From Eledone cirrhosa (taxonomy: Eukaryota), in assembly GCA_964016885.1 (NCBI GenBank), contig OZ024756.1, positions 39,866,001 through 39,930,000 of the forward strand: DNA of 64,000 nt, in the 5' to 3' direction. The notes below the pieces were generated by a model. The model had not been told where the DNA came from. It searched no databases and worked only from the letters and a program-made list of their open reading frames with translations. Below, piece by piece: positions 13,692-28,435 of the stretch. Made by a program: the position numbers and the translations under genes. Every line of letters starts with the position of its first letter. Within the stretch, counting starts at the first letter, position 1.

Positions 13692-14110
13692 GTATATGTG
13701 TGTGTGTATGTATATATATGTGTGTGCGTGTGTGTATATATATATATATATGTGTGTGTGTATGTATGTATAGTATATATATATATATATGAATTATAAG
13801 AATTATATATATATATGTATGCGTGTGTACAATTGTTTGGCTGTTCCCATAGTTCTATGATAATTGACAAGCCAGCAGCAGCTAACATTCCATTTCACCA
13901 AGAATTCTCCCCCTCTCCCACCCATGTCTTCACCCCACCCCCCACAATATCCCCCACCTCTAGAGACACCAGACAGTCCCCACCACCACCACCACCACCA
14001 CTAACCAGCCCTCTACATTTAATCCCTTTACCAAAATATTCTTTTCCATATTTCCTGCTACCCTTGATCTTATAAGATATATATATATATCATATATATA
14101 TATATACACA

Positions 14111-14188
14111 CAGGGTGTCCCTAAAAATGTATACACACTTTTATTAGAATGCTGTTGAAGTTTGTATACATTTTTTTGGAATACCCTG
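14111..14188. mobile_element. Tiny Tc1/mariner-like MITE
   Basis: TIRs cagggtgtcc..aaaatgtatac / gtatacatttt..ataccctg; related copies at 55062-55139 and ~53011. Confidence 0.6.
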
Positions 14189-14230
14189 TGTATGCCTGTA
14201 TAATCATCATTTTACGTCAATGTCTCCATG

Positions 14231-14261
<31 letters not shown>

Positions 14262-14281
14262 GGGGGAACCCTGGGTATGTG

Positions 14282-14318
<37 letters not shown>

Positions 14319-14333
14319 TGGGGGAACCCTGTG

Positions 14334-14386
<53 letters not shown>

Positions 14387-14619
14387 GGGGAACCTTGTGT
14401 ATGTATATATATATAGAGAGTGGAATCCTGCTAGCAATATATATACATATATATATACATTGATGACGATGTAGATAGATAGATAGAGAGAGAGATAGAT
14501 AGAGAGCAGACAGGAAGAAGCATGATAATAGCAACAACAACAATGAGAGAAAATTATGAAAAAACATCAAGAATAACAATTATAGAAACAAATACAACTT
14601 TAATCTGTCTTGACTTTCA

Positions 14620-15498
14620 CATTATATAATATATATACATGCATACATATACATACATATACATATATATACATGCATACATATACACATATACATATAC
14701 ATGCATACATATACACATATACATATACATGCATACATATACATATATACATACATATACATACATATACACATATACATGCATACATATACATATATAC
14801 ATATACATATACATATATATATACATATATACATATACATATATATATACATATATATATACATATATATATACATATATATATACATATATATATACAT
14901 ATATATATACATATATATATACATATATATATACATATATATATACATATACATATACATATACATATATATATACATATATATACATATATATATACAT
15001 ATATATACATATATATATACATATACATATATATATACATATACATATATATACATATATATATATATATACATATATATACATATATATATATATATAC
15101 ATATACATATACATATACATATATATATACATATATATATACATATACATATATATATACATATACATATACATATATACATATATATATATACATATAC
15201 ATATACATATACATACATATACATATATACATATATATATATACATATACACATATATATATATACATATACACATATATATATATACATATACACATAT
15301 ACATATATACATATACACATATACATATATACATATACATATATATATATACATATATATATATACATATATACATATACACATATACATATATACATAT
15401 ACACATATACATATATACATATACACATATACATATATATATACATATACATATACATATACATATATATATACATATATATATACATATATATATAC

Positions 15499-15533
<35 letters not shown>

Positions 15534-15586
15534 CATATATATATACATATATATATATATACATATATATATACATATATATATAC

Positions 15587-15617
<31 letters not shown>

Positions 15618-15931
15618 CATATATATATACATATATATATATATACATATATATATATACATATATACATATATATATATACATATATACATATATATAT
15701 ATACATATATACATATATATATATACATATATACATATATATATATACATATATATATACATATACATATATATATATACATATATATATACATATATAC
15801 ATATACATATATATACATACATATACATATATATACATATACATATATATACATATACATACATATACATATATATACATATACATACATATATATACAT
15901 ATACATATATATATGTATATGTATATATATG

Positions 15932-15962
<31 letters not shown>

Positions 15963-16195
15963 GTATATATATGTATATATATGTATATATATATATATAT
16001 ATATATGTATATGTATATGTATATATATGTATATGTATATATATGTATATGTATATATATGTATATATATATATACATATATACACATACATATATACAC
16101 ATACATATATACATATACATACATATATACATGTATATATTTGTATATGTAAAGCATTTATTGCTACACACACACACACATATATATATACACAT
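14620..16195. repeat. ~1.6-kb TATAC/TA microsatellite with strand-polarity switch near 15910
   Basis: Directly visible. Confidence 0.95.
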
Positions 16196-16454
16196 AGAGA
16201 GAGTGATAGATTGTTAGAGTGACAGATAGGGGAGGAGAGAGAGGATAGAGAGAGAGATAGCTGGATAGATGTTTTTCATGTCTAAAAGTCTCCTTGTATT
16301 CTCTTCTGCCATTGGGGTGTTGTCATGAGAATGTTAAGCTGAAACACTTGGCCACTTCCTTACAACTTGCCAACAGTACCACCATTTTGATTGGGTCCTG
16401 AAGCAGTTAAGCTTTTGTGGTGACAAGAGGCAGAACAGATAATACAAGGACTTC

Positions 16455-17030
16455 CACCCCACCCTGACACTAACTCTCTCTACATCTACCACTACAAGGA
16501 CTTGCACCACCCCACTCTAACAACTCTCTACATCTACCACTACAAGACCCTCCCCCACCCTTGGTACCCTAACAACTCTACATCCACCACCACTAGACCC
16601 TCCCCCACCCTAACGACTCTCTACATCCACCCCCACTAGACCCTGCCCCACCCTAACAACTCTACATCCACCCCCACTAGACCCTCCCCCACTAACGACT
16701 CTCTACATCCACCACCACTAGACCCTGCCCCACCCTAACAACTCTCTACATCCACCCCCACTCTAACGACTCTACATCCACCACCACGAGACCCTGCCCC
16801 ACCCTAACAACTCTCTACATCCACCCCCACTAGACCCTCCCCCACTAACGACTCTCTACATCCACCACCACTAGACCCTGCCCCACGCTAACAACTCTCT
16901 ACATCCACCACCACTAGACCCTCCCGACTCCATTTCCACCACCACCACCACTAAACCCTCCCCCACCCTAACGACTCTACATCCACCCCCACCCTAACAA
17001 CTCTATATCCACCACTACTAGATCCTCCCC
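16455..17030. repeat. C-rich minisatellite (ctaacaactctctacatccaccaccactagaccctcccccacc-like)
   Basis: About 12 degenerate units. Confidence 0.85.
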
Positions 17031-17284
17031 CACCCCCCTCAAACATGAAAGGTAAAGTTGACCTCGACAGAATTCTGGTAGAAATACCTGGAACAAAGTT
17101 TGCAAGGATTCCTGTCTGATACCTTAATGACTTCGACACTGCTACCTTGAATTGAAGGCTAACACACACACACACACACACATAGATGTGTTTATGTGTG
17201 TATATACATTTGGCTTTTTGCATGAACACACTCATACACACTCATTTAGGTAATAAATACACACACATACATATTGCCCACTAC

Positions 17285-17324
<40 letters not shown>

Positions 17325-17473
17325 TTTACAAACATATTACCCACTACCACACATATATATATACATTTACAAACATATTACCCACTACCACACACACATA
17401 TATATACATTTACAAACATATTACCCACTACCACACACACATATATACACATTTACAAACATATTACCCACTA

Positions 17474-17515
<42 letters not shown>

Positions 17516-17828
17516 GCTGACTTTAAGTTACCATATGCAAAACATTTGGTATGAATGGTTAAGTTTAAATTTCCTTGAAATAGCCAACAGTTCCAGCAGA
17601 GATAGCTGTGACATGCTATAAAGAGTAGCTAATCTCTTTAGGAGACTTTAATGACGACAATAACAACAGCAAGACAAACATATTGACTGGATTAAAAACA
17701 TGAAATTCTTCATATTTGGAGTTGGGTAAAAATAGAATTAGAGATTTGCTATTTTTACATTATTACCGTTTTAGTGGAGATGCGTCTGTTATTGCAGTAG
17801 AGAAGACATAACATGCACACATTGGCAC

Positions 17829-17862
<34 letters not shown>

Positions 17863-18877
17863 TCCCACCCTTGCAAGTAGGGAAAAGCGGACATAAAATG
17901 ATGATATATATAGAGAGATTCACATACTCACATGTATCTTTGGCATGTTTTCTGTAAATTACTAATCCACTACTATATTTATTTCAAATACATACACACA
18001 CATATATATAAAATAGAGTTTAAATGCCTACCTCTATATCTCTGAGTGTGCATTATATATAGTTTTAATACCTACCTATATATATATATAAAAAATAGAG
18101 TTTAAATGCCTACCTCTATATCTCTGGGTGTGTATTATATATAGTTTTAATACCTATATATATATATATGTATATATTTACATATTTATTATAAGAACAG
18201 ATTACAGTTTAAGCAAAGAATCGCTGCTTTCACCCTTAACGGGTTTTAGTCTTCAGATTTATAATTACTATATATATATACACATATGTATGTGTGTTGA
18301 ACAATGAAAACAAAAGATGTTTAGTGCTTAATCTGTTCATTGTTTTATGATCGTTCCAGAAGTTGATTGATCATAATAAATCAATATGTGACTAATCAAT
18401 ACAAGTTATGTAACTCCATATTAAGTCTTAATAGTATAGATCCATCTCACTGTCTTTGTGAGAAACATGTAACACGCATGTCTGTGTGTAAATCATGACT
18501 CATACACTTCACTTTCCTGACATTTCTACATTATTCTATGTACTATACATACACCTTTGATGAGTTATAGTGCACCTGAGCACTGTACACAGTAATTTAC
18601 ATCATTATTAGTATAACCCTTGCCATGCCGAGTTTGACTTTGCCTTTCATCCTTACGGGGGTCGATAAAATAAAGTACCAGTAATGCACTGAGATAATTG
18701 CTGGCCTGCTGCCTAAAGTATAAACAATTATTAGTATAAATCACAGCATATATGAAGTGTTGTGATCAACGAAGCTGACCCCGAGCAAGATGGTTGGATA
18801 ACATCCATTAGCTTGGCTGGTCTCACTTGGGGATGGTTGCTTCTGACAGGACCTGCTGCCCACCACAACCCTCTCAG

Positions 18878-19050
18878 GAATAATTGTTTCTACTTTTGGC
18901 ACAAGGCCAGCAATTACCCAGTGTATTACTGGTACTTTATTTTATCGACTCTGTAAAGATGAAAGGCGGATTTGAACTCGACCATAAAGGGCCGTAACTC
19001 TGTTGCAAAGCATGGCGTCCGACCCTCTACCGATTCTGCCAATCCACCGG
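18878..19050 (-). mobile_element. SINE family A copy (plus-strand copy at ~18625-18733)
   Basis: Reverse complement of the family A sequence. Confidence 0.7.
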
Positions 19051-19363
19051 CCTATACTTCAGTACTTTTATATACATCATGACCTTGGAGGGATGTGAAC
19101 TCAGACCGTAAAGGGACGTAACTCTATTCCGGAAAGCATGGCGTCCAACTCTCTCCCTTAGGAATAATAACAACAAAAATAATGAAAGAAAACAAAAAAC
19201 AATTTAAAAAAGTGATTAATTAATTATTATTAAATAACATAGTTTTACATCATTATATATATACACCTTCATATTCGTTTTCATTTTCTCCTGTTTTGTT
19301 TTTGGAATTTCAGAATTAAATTCCATTGCGGGGGTTCCATCTAACCAAATTAGTGAAAATGTC

Positions 19364-19394
<31 letters not shown>

Positions 19395-19720
19395 GTTGGG
19401 TATGGTACCACATTGGGTGAGCAGTGGGGCTAAGAAGGGAAGGAATGGTTAAAGAAGAGGTATAATTCCAGATTCCTTTTAGTATTCATGAAGTCTACCA
19501 TTGTCTTTTGGTTCTTATTAATTTAGATTTGGTTTATTTATGTTTATTTCTTAATTCTCCTTTTCAAAAGAAATATTAAAGGCAAATAAAAATAAAAATG
19601 TCCCCAAAATGTTCAAATAATACAATATATATATACGTGTACACACAAACATATATATATCTACATATATATATACGCGTACACACAAACATATATATAT
19701 CTACACGTGTACACACAAAC

Positions 19721-19764
<44 letters not shown>

Positions 19765-19977
19765 ACATGTATATATGTGTAAATAAATGAGGTTAAGTAC
19801 ATGTCTTATAATATATATACTACATATTTTCTTGTATAAATATATACTGTATAACTGTGTTTATGTAGTCTGTTAGAAAAAATGAAATATATACATACAC
19901 ATATATATATACACACACATGCATACATGATTTTGAAAGGGCTGTGAATAGAAGGCATAGACAATGTGAGGTGTTGG

Positions 19978-20016
<39 letters not shown>

Positions 20017-20371
20017 CAATACATATTTCAATATATATATATATTTTTGCAGAACTAAATATTTTAAATACATATGGTACCCTACATGTATACGTGTAAA
20101 TATAATGTGTATATATATATGTAAATACAAAGTATTGTGCTAACTGATTCTATTAGAAATGGAAAGAACCTCAAAGCATCAAATAGAGAGGATATATATT
20201 AAATTACTGACCACTGGCTCTTACAGGACTAGTACTATTTTCTTCACGAGTCCATTTTCAATTGATTAATACATAAATATGTGTGTGTGTGTACATATAT
20301 ATGCATTTATACATGCATGCATATATATTTGTGTGTGTAGAGAAGCATACATATAGATGTATATGCACAAA

Positions 20372-20402
<31 letters not shown>

Positions 20403-20537
20403 AAACATCTTTACAAACAATCATTTATTATTAGTTGTTTGTTGTTGAATCAATTCAAACCTATATTTTTTTAAAGTTTGTTTTAACCCTTTAGTATTTA
20501 CATTATTCTATATTTACTATTATATTTGTGTCTTTAA

Positions 20538-20747
20538 CCCTTTAATATTTACATTACTCTATATATATACTATTATATTTTCTTGGTAAAGGCTTCATCT
20601 CACATTATATCGAATCTATGAGATTTTGATATTATTTATTTTAATAACAATAACTTAACGTCAGTATGAGTGACCAGTTACGGCCGGTTTGAACAGAAAG
20701 AGGTGAGAGAATTCTGGCCAGATATGGCTGGTTGAAACGTTAAAGGG
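20538..20747. mobile_element. piggyBac-like MITE copy (partial extra left end at ~20487)
   Basis: ttaa-ccctttaatatttac...taaaggg-ttaa. Confidence 0.7.
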
Positions 20748-21095
20748 TTAAGTTATTTTTATAAAGAAGAGATAACAGGGATAAGAATGATGCACACAAT
20801 TACTCATACAATACACACATGCAGAAAACCACACAATTGCTCATACACACATCCATACAAATACACATACACACACACATACATGCATTAACAAAAACAA
20901 ATCTCACTGATAAAACAACAAATAAATTAAAAATATATAAACAAAATTTGAAGAAAACTTTGAAAATAAAAATTTTAAAAATGAAATCATGTGGAGTGAA
21001 ATGAAAATCTTCATAGAACAACCATTATTGAACCATCAGAGGTGATTGAATTCCTTAGACCAAGGAGGGTAACCAACAGTTATAGAATTCCTTAA

Positions 21096-21294
21096 CCCTT
21101 TAGCATTTACATTACTCTATATTTACTATATTTTCACAGTAAAGGCTTTATCTCATGTGATATCGAATCTATAAGATTTTGATATTATTTATTTTGAGAA
21201 CAATACCTTAACATCAGTCAGTATAAGCGGCCGGTTTGAACAGAAAGAGGTGAGAGAAATCAGGTCGGATATGGCTGGTTTAAATGCTAAAGGG
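21096..21294. mobile_element. piggyBac-like MITE copy
   Basis: ttaa-ccctttagcattta...taaatgctaaaggg-ttaa. Confidence 0.8.
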
Positions 21295-24200
21295 TTAAAC
21301 CAAGGATGGCAAACATCTAAGGTATTAGAATATCTTGAACCTGGTAAGAGTTAGGTCATCAGGTTGGAATTTTCAACCCCTAAATTAAGTGTCTAAAACC
21401 TCATTCCGTTACTTTTGAGTTCTGTACAGGGTTTACATAAGGAATTAAAGTTTGAATTATATTGTAAAGAGTTGTTCTTCAATCACAAATTCAAGGGTTC
21501 TATTCCACAGCATGGCACTGTAAATGTCTTTTACCTCAGCTCAATTCAACCCTTATGAGTTAAATTATGTTTAGGTAGACAGAAACTGTAAAAGCTCAGA
21601 TTTGTTGCGCACTTTGTCATATTGAGTCTGCCTGAGGATTAATTATTTTAAGGGTACCCATGTCTGTGGAATATTCAGTCATTTGGAGAATAATTCAATG
21701 AGTTAGTCTGAAGCCCTCATCATTGGAGCCGATGTGAGATCCATCAGTTTAGTTGAGTTTTCTGTACTCTCCAATTTAGCTTAGTGTAATAATTTTCTAC
21801 TTTTGGCACAAGGCCAGCAATTATCCCAGTGTATTACAGTGTAATAATATTCTACTTCACAGTACTTTTATATACATCATCATCATTGTCGTTTTTATGT
21901 CAACTTTTCCATCCTGGCATGGGTTGGATGGGATTTTTAGAGGCAATGTTTTACAGCTGGATGACTTTCTTGACACCAACCTTTTTTTTTGTTTTTTCTG
22001 ACATGTAGGTATACAGTGTACCTATTCTAAACTGGACACACCAATATATATTGTTATACTTGGGGAGGGTCATATTGTTGTAATATTGCCAGAAATAATA
22101 ACAGAAACTGTTTGCTTCGACATGATTTCATCTCAAAAACCTTGCAAAACAAATTCATCATATATATATATATAACAGCATAATATTACAACTGAACTAT
22201 TACAGTCATCACCATCATTAATGTTTGTCTTCATATTCTAACAGGTCTGTAAAATACAGCTCATCTCCATTTTTTTCCATCAAGTGTGACCACACGAGGG
22301 CCAAACAAGGTAAGATCTAAACTCCATTTTAAATATTTCTCTCTTTATTCTCTCCCACTGCTACCATTTGTTTGTTTCATGTATTTACATCATACATCAT
22401 TATAGATTAATACCAATCTATATTACTATACACTGTTGTACTGTGTCATGTGTTACATAGTGAATAAATATATTGTGTTGTACTACACAATATAGTGTCT
22501 TTGTTGTTTTACAATACTATAAGTCCATAGTATAGCAGGCTACTTTTCTCTCTCTTCTGTTTTCAGAAGTCAAAAACTGATAATAATAACAATACTAATA
22601 ACCATCACACCCCCCCCCCCCGGGGGGGGGGGGGTGCATGTGAATGTACTGATAATAATAATAGTAATAATAATAGTGGTGGTAATGGTGGTTTATTTAT
22701 AGACAAGGCCACATAGTGAAGGTAAATTAGATGTAATTTGATGTTGGACAAGGACCATGTTTCATGAAAGGACGCTGTTCCAACTGGAAACCGAAACATG
22801 GTTTAAACCCAGTTCTGGCACTAAAGCAACACCTACCATGATGATGATGATGATGATGATGATATGATGATGGTGGGCATGTGTAGCTAAGGTGACCACC
22901 ACAAATGAATAGAACACAGTACAATGGCCACAGGGAGAGTGGATACTACTGTAAACTAGCTACGGCCAATGCCTGCTGGACTCAATGGTTTACAAACTGG
23001 CCATCTGTGCCTTTGTCGACACCACTCACCAACTCACTCACAACCTTTGGATATCAAGCTAAGGGAGTCTCTACTTAGTCACTTGATTTGCTGGAAATAT
23101 CAGCCACACACTGCTCTCAAATACCACCCTGCCATCAGCCTCAATATAGATTTTAACCTAGCAATGGACTTGTGTCCTGCCCAGGGTAGCCTCGTACTCT
23201 ATGTTGCTTAACACTACGGAAACTGGGATAAGTACCAGCCTCAAGACAAACCCTCAAATACCACCCTACCATCAGCTACGAACTACTCTCCAATACCACC
23301 CTACCATTAACCACAAGCTACCCTACCATACCACTCTCCAATACCACCCTACCATCAGCTAAAAACTACCCTCAAATACCACCCTACCATACCACTCTAC
23401 CATCAGCCACAAACTACTCTCCAATACCACCCTACCATCAGCCACAAACTACTCTCCAATACCACCCTACCATCAGCCACAAACTGCACAAAAATGAAGA
23501 AATTTAAACCGAGTGAGGAAATGAAATGAGACCTCAATAGAAGTTACATCTGTCTACATTAACAACAACAACAATATAATCATGTTTCAATGACTCAATC
23601 AAAAACATCCTTCAGGTGTTTGACTCGGGTGTTTCACTCAGGTGTGTGAAGTGAATAAATAAAAAAGTAAAATAGACAAAACTGATTAAAGCCAAAAAGA
23701 AAACCAATAAATATAAAAAAACAGCAAAAAATAAATAATAATAATTGATCCCAAATTACATTTGATCCCAGTTTTCTTTTATTTATTTACTTAATTAATC
23801 AATATTATTAACTAATGATTTGGTGTCATCTATAGTTTATACAGTTTCACCAAAAATCTGAAAATGTTGTGACTGGTTTGTTGTATTCCAGTTGTAGCCA
23901 TTGGTCAGTCCTCTTTAGTTGACTTAAACTATGATTCTATTATACTTTGATCCAATGATTCAAGATGTTCCATTGATTGGAACACATCATTGAAGACAAT
24001 TGAGGCTTAGGTTTATAATCTGAAGATTAAATAGTTACAGCATTGGAGTCTCCCACATAGAATATTAAATGATAGTAGAGGGTAGATAGAGTGTATGGAG
24101 TAGATAGGGCAACTGGGGTAGATTAGAGTGATAGGGTCGATTAGATAGAGTGACTATACAGAAACTCTGCTTCATTAGCTTGGTTTTTTTTTCATTCTGT

Positions 24201-24362
24201 TTTGTTAATGGTGATGGTGGTGATATTATGATTATAATGATGATGATGAGGATAAGTCAGTCAGCTGATGTTACACAATATCACAGCTGGCACTAAACTG
24301 AAACTAACTAGATTGATATTTAAAAAATAAAAGGCAACAGATGTAATGAAAATAGCCAGAAG

Positions 24363-24540
24363 TAGTTACTATATATACTTATTAAATATCTAGTATTTAC
24401 TATATATACTTATTAAATATCTAGTATTTACTATATATACTTATTAAATATCTAGTATTTACTATATATACTTATTAAATATCTAGTATTTACTATATAT
24501 ACTTATTAAATATCTAGTATTTACTATATACTATTAAATA
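24363..24540. repeat. 31-bp minisatellite (tatttactatatatacttattaaatatctag), ~5.5 copies
   Basis: Directly visible. Confidence 0.9.
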
Positions 24541-25137
24541 ACCAGGTCTAGTTAATATATACTACAAGATAGTATATATATAGCAACTAGACCTGGCTAT
24601 CAACTAGTAGTGTGTTAGAACTGGTAAATAGTAGTGTCAGGACTAGTTACTATATACTAGTAACTTTGAGAGGACTACATGTGAATTCAAAATCCTGTTT
24701 GAGATCAAGTATGCCATTGGTATCCTCCAGGATTCACGAAATAAATACGATATCGTGGCATTAGTTAAATTGACTAATATACATATACACATATATATAT
24801 ATACATACATATATACATATACATATACTCAAACAGCAATAATTAATATAATGCCAAATATGTTTGCTGTTTTTTTTTAAATCAATATTTAAAAAAAAAA
24901 AAAAAAAATCAAAGCTGTCAGAGATTACTGTAGTTACACAGTACCAGTTATGTACTGGTGTTGATTGAATCAACTACACCCCTTCCTCAAAATATGTGGC
25001 CTTGCGCTAATGTTAAGAAAAACAACATTAATGTCATAACCAATAACCAAGGCTCCTTTGGGACTTGGGGGTTTTTTTTGTATCAGCTCAGTTTTCTATC
25101 ATCTGTTGGCCCTTGTGGCCAATAAATGAAACCATTA

Positions 25138-25168
<31 letters not shown>

Positions 25169-25607
25169 CTCCTGTTCACATCTTTGGGTGTTACTGTTGG
25201 TTATTTAAGACTCCACATCAAGCTTAACATAAGCTTAAGACATGAGGAATGACTGGGTCTTCTCTCTCATTTAATAGACAAAACTCTTCCAAGAATATTC
25301 ACCGTCTCTAAAAGCACTGATATCTGAAGAGTAACATACATTGTACTCAATTTTTATCATTATTATTACAGTAATCCCCACATATTACCATGTTAGGAAA
25401 GTTAGGTGGGGTCTTCACACTGAGGTCATCTGAAGTTTGTGGTTTCAATATCTTTAATATGATCTATGAAAGACAGTTCAAAAATACATGGAGAAAATAA
25501 GATATTGGTTTTGTTTTGCTAACTTTCCTTGCAGTAGAAGTCCAAGAACCAATACACGTTAGTGTCAACAATAGATGAGTAGAAATGGCGTTTGGTAAAA
25601 AATCATG

Positions 25608-28172
25608 TCAAAGAAAGGAAGCTTGACCAATTATATTCTTCAGCTCATTAGCAACTCGGAATACCTCTTTAACACGTTCAACCATGTCTTGAACAGCTTG
25701 TACAGATGGATAGTATATTGCAGCTGTCTTGGTAGCCGCCACTGTTGATTTTAGATTGTTGCACAGTAGCGTTGTGCAATGCATGATCCGATTGCGGAAG
25801 TCAGTGTCCATTAAGTTCCGGTGAAGTGTGTCACCAATGTAAACCATTTTTGTGGCTGACAAAACAACGAATTTACTGTTGGAAATAAACACCTTTGGTG
25901 TCTGGATGCTGTCAATACAGTTATAGAAAGCCTCGATAGAGTTATTAAGTAAAGTATAATGTGTATTCATCTGTTCTGAGTAGTAGAGCAACACCTGTCT
26001 GTCATTAGGGGTCAGACGTTTCATGGGGAAATTGTTCTCAGAGATAACTCCTCCATTTAAGTTTGTATTATAGTTTGAAAAGTCAGTGTTACTTGTGGTA
26101 TTCACTGGTGTCTTCAGTTCCTGGTCAAAATCTATCTCAAGAGATTTTGACAGTGAAACATAATCAAGCCCTTTGCTAATATCTTGTACCTCTTTTGAAT
26201 ACTCTGTTGAATTAGCTTCAACATCTGGTCGATTGTTGTTCTCTTTGGTCCCCGTGGAAAGATTTAAGAGGCTTGAAGACCCTAATTGCATAGAGTTGAT
26301 GGCCGCTTCTAATGAGAATTCGGGGTCAGTTGCCTTATTTGGTTCAGGTTCTTCAAGAGTCTTTTGAAGTGGTTCAGATTCCCTTCGAACAGAAGTTTGT
26401 TTTGGAGGCACATCTTTTGAGGGGTTCAATACTTTTTCAGGGCTTGAGTCCCGTGTTTCCAGTTGGACATAATCATATTCCATAAAGTCTAAAGAGTCTG
26501 ATTCCTCCTTCTTGATGTTTATTATCACAGGTGTTCTTTTTGAAGGCAGCGCATCTGGCTTTGTCAGCAATGTCAGCTGGGAAGGTGTAGGGGGGAGTGG
26601 TCGATTGATTGGAGGAGGGGGAGGAAGAGGTCGGTTCTGAACGCTACCACTACTGTGACGACGACCGTGAATACTCTTTGAGAAGGCCTCAATGCTTCCA
26701 ATACTCCCTGACTTGGTCGGTACTGGCAGTACAATAGTATCAGATTTGTTGCAATCTGTTTGAGATCCAGAAATGTCAGAATTCTTGAAAAGAAGCACAG
26801 AGTTTCCCTGAATAAAAGAAGCAAGGCTGCGGACGTCAATTGTGAGGGTTTTGGAAAGATTAGCAATCTTTCCCAAATCATCATCTTTAGATCCATTGCT
26901 ACTTACAAGCAGGTTAATCTGCCACTGAATCGTAGAAAGGTTCTTCAAACTCAGTTGGATTTGTTGCAATGCCTGCTGAAGTGGCGTCAGCAACTTGTAT
27001 AATTTATTCACAAGTTTACGATCACATTTGCTGACAGAATTTGCTAGAGTACCTTCAGAAAACTCCACAAAGTCAGCCAAAGATGTCTGCATATTATCAG
27101 CTGCTCCTCTTATGTCATGTATATTGGGTTCCAAATGTTTTCTCATGCGCCAACTACTACTAATAAAGGGGGACATTTTGTTGATGGCTTTCTGAACATC
27201 TTGCTGTCTCTTGACCAGTAATTCCATGGCAACATCTTGTGCTAAGGGTAGTTCATTGTAAATAGGGATGTCCGATCCACGAGAGCCTGTGCTACACGAT
27301 GAGAGTCGACCAGGATCTTGTCCATCTGAAGAATCAGATTTGGCAGAAAGCAACGAGTCACGAGTGACTTGTGGAGGAATATCATAAACTGAAGATGCTG
27401 CAGCTGGTAGTGACTTGTTGTGAGGAGATGGTGCAGTGGTTGTTGCAGGCTTACCGGCAGGTGATGTGGCTGGCTTCTTCTTAGGCTCAATAGCTGGGCC
27501 ACTATTTTTGGGTGTGTCGTAGAGTTCCTCAAGATCATGTTCAAATGCAAGCGATGGCATATCAAAGTTGGACGGTTGTTCAACTGGTGGAAGATCATAG
27601 TCTTCAAATGCTGATTTGGGGACATCATAGTCATCCATGATGGTTGAATTAGAAGGGGACAGCGAGGTCTTTGTACGTGAGGGTGGAGTATCGTATAAAT
27701 CAAGACCCGAGTCAAACTGTTGTTTCAAGTTGTGAGAATGAGAATGGTCAGGCGGAACATCGTAAACAGCCGATGCGTCCAGACTAGATCGAGCTGAATC
27801 ACAGAGGCTGGACGTGTTTGATGAGCGTGGAAGACTCTGGTTAGATGCACTGCTAGACAGAGTCATGGTTGACTCAGTTGATTTGAAAGATGCCATGCTT
27901 GACCGGTTCGATGGCGGCACATCATAGGTCTCCCGGTCATTTGGAAGGAAACATTTAAAGGAATTGTCAGCAGGTAGTGATGTAGAAGGATAATTATAGA
28001 TGGACTGGTCAAAGCTTCTATCTTTTGGTGTATCATAGTTGGGTTGGAAGTCAGGATTGGAGTCTGAATTTACAATCGATGTTTGTACTGGGGGTACATC
28101 ATAATCTTCTGGAGTGTGTCGAGCAGGAGGGTGGTCATATGTTGGACCGCCAGGGTCAGCTTGTTGACCCAC
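25608..28172 (-). CDS. BCAR1: Cas-family adaptor (p130Cas/BCAR1/NEDD9-like), terminal coding exon: substrate domain, serine-rich helical bundle, Src-binding region and C-terminal FAT-like domain
   Basis: 854-aa non-repetitive ORF with 11 YxxP motifs (YDHP, YDVP x4, YDTP x3, YNYP, YDLP, YDIP), RPLPPPP/RPLPPTP, EYDYVQL and the C-terminal 'PKVFISNSKFVVLSATKMVYIGDTL...AVQDMVERV' typical of Cas proteins. Acceptor ttttgtag|GTG at 28173/28172; TGA at 25608-25610. The symbol denotes the family, not strict orthology. Confidence 0.93.
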   Translation of the reverse strand: MGQQADPGGPTYDHPPARHTPEDYDVPPVQTSIVNSDSNPDFQPNYDTPKDRSFDQSIYNYPSTSLPADNSFKCFLPNDRETYDVPPSNRSSMASFKSTESTMTLSSSASNQSLPRSSNTSSLCDSARSSLDASAVYDVPPDHSHSHNLKQQFDSGLDLYDTPPSRTKTSLSPSNSTIMDDYDVPKSAFEDYDLPPVEQPSNFDMPSLAFEHDLEELYDTPKNSGPAIEPKKKPATSPAGKPATTTAPSPHNKSLPAAASSVYDIPPQVTRDSLLSAKSDSSDGQDPGRLSSCSTGSRGSDIPIYNELPLAQDVAMELLVKRQQDVQKAINKMSPFISSSWRMRKHLEPNIHDIRGAADNMQTSLADFVEFSEGTLANSVSKCDRKLVNKLYKLLTPLQQALQQIQLSLKNLSTIQWQINLLVSSNGSKDDDLGKIANLSKTLTIDVRSLASFIQGNSVLLFKNSDISGSQTDCNKSDTIVLPVPTKSGSIGSIEAFSKSIHGRRHSSGSVQNRPLPPPPPINRPLPPTPSQLTLLTKPDALPSKRTPVIINIKKEESDSLDFMEYDYVQLETRDSSPEKVLNPSKDVPPKQTSVRRESEPLQKTLEEPEPNKATDPEFSLEAAINSMQLGSSSLLNLSTGTKENNNRPDVEANSTEYSKEVQDISKGLDYVSLSKSLEIDFDQELKTPVNTTSNTDFSNYNTNLNGGVISENNFPMKRLTPNDRQVLLYYSEQMNTHYTLLNNSIEAFYNCIDSIQTPKVFISNSKFVVLSATKMVYIGDTLHRNLMDTDFRNRIMHCTTLLCNNLKSTVAATKTAAIYYPSVQAVQDMVERVKEVFRVANELKNIIGQASFL

Positions 28173-28227
28173 CTACAAAATAGAGAAAACAAAATCATTA
28201 TAAATCTCAGATTAGTCATCAAGTAAT

Positions 28228-28435
28228 TGGTGTGGTGTGGTGTGGTGTGGTGTGGTGTGGTGTGGTGTGGTGTGGTGTGGTGTGGTGTGGCTTTGTGTGG
28301 CGTGGCGTGGCGTGGTGTGGTGTGGTGTGGTGTGGTGTGGTGTGGTGTGGCTTTGTGTGGTGTGGTGTGGTGTGGTGTGGTGTGGTGTGGCTTTGTGTTG
28401 TGTGGCTTTGTGTTGTGTGGCGTGGTGTGGTATGG
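28228..28435. repeat. (TGGTG)n pentanucleotide repeat in the Cas intron
   Basis: Directly visible. Confidence 0.95.

Noticed and set aside
14600-16222. Six ORFs of 480-535 aa
   Set aside because: Stop-free translations of TA/TATAC microsatellite; no coding complexity.
22606-22637. C-run/G-run palindrome
   Set aside because: Simple homopolymer junction, error-prone in sequencing; no functional evidence.
26173-27715. Overlapping and antisense ORFs within the Cas exon
   Set aside because: Shadows of the real coding frame.
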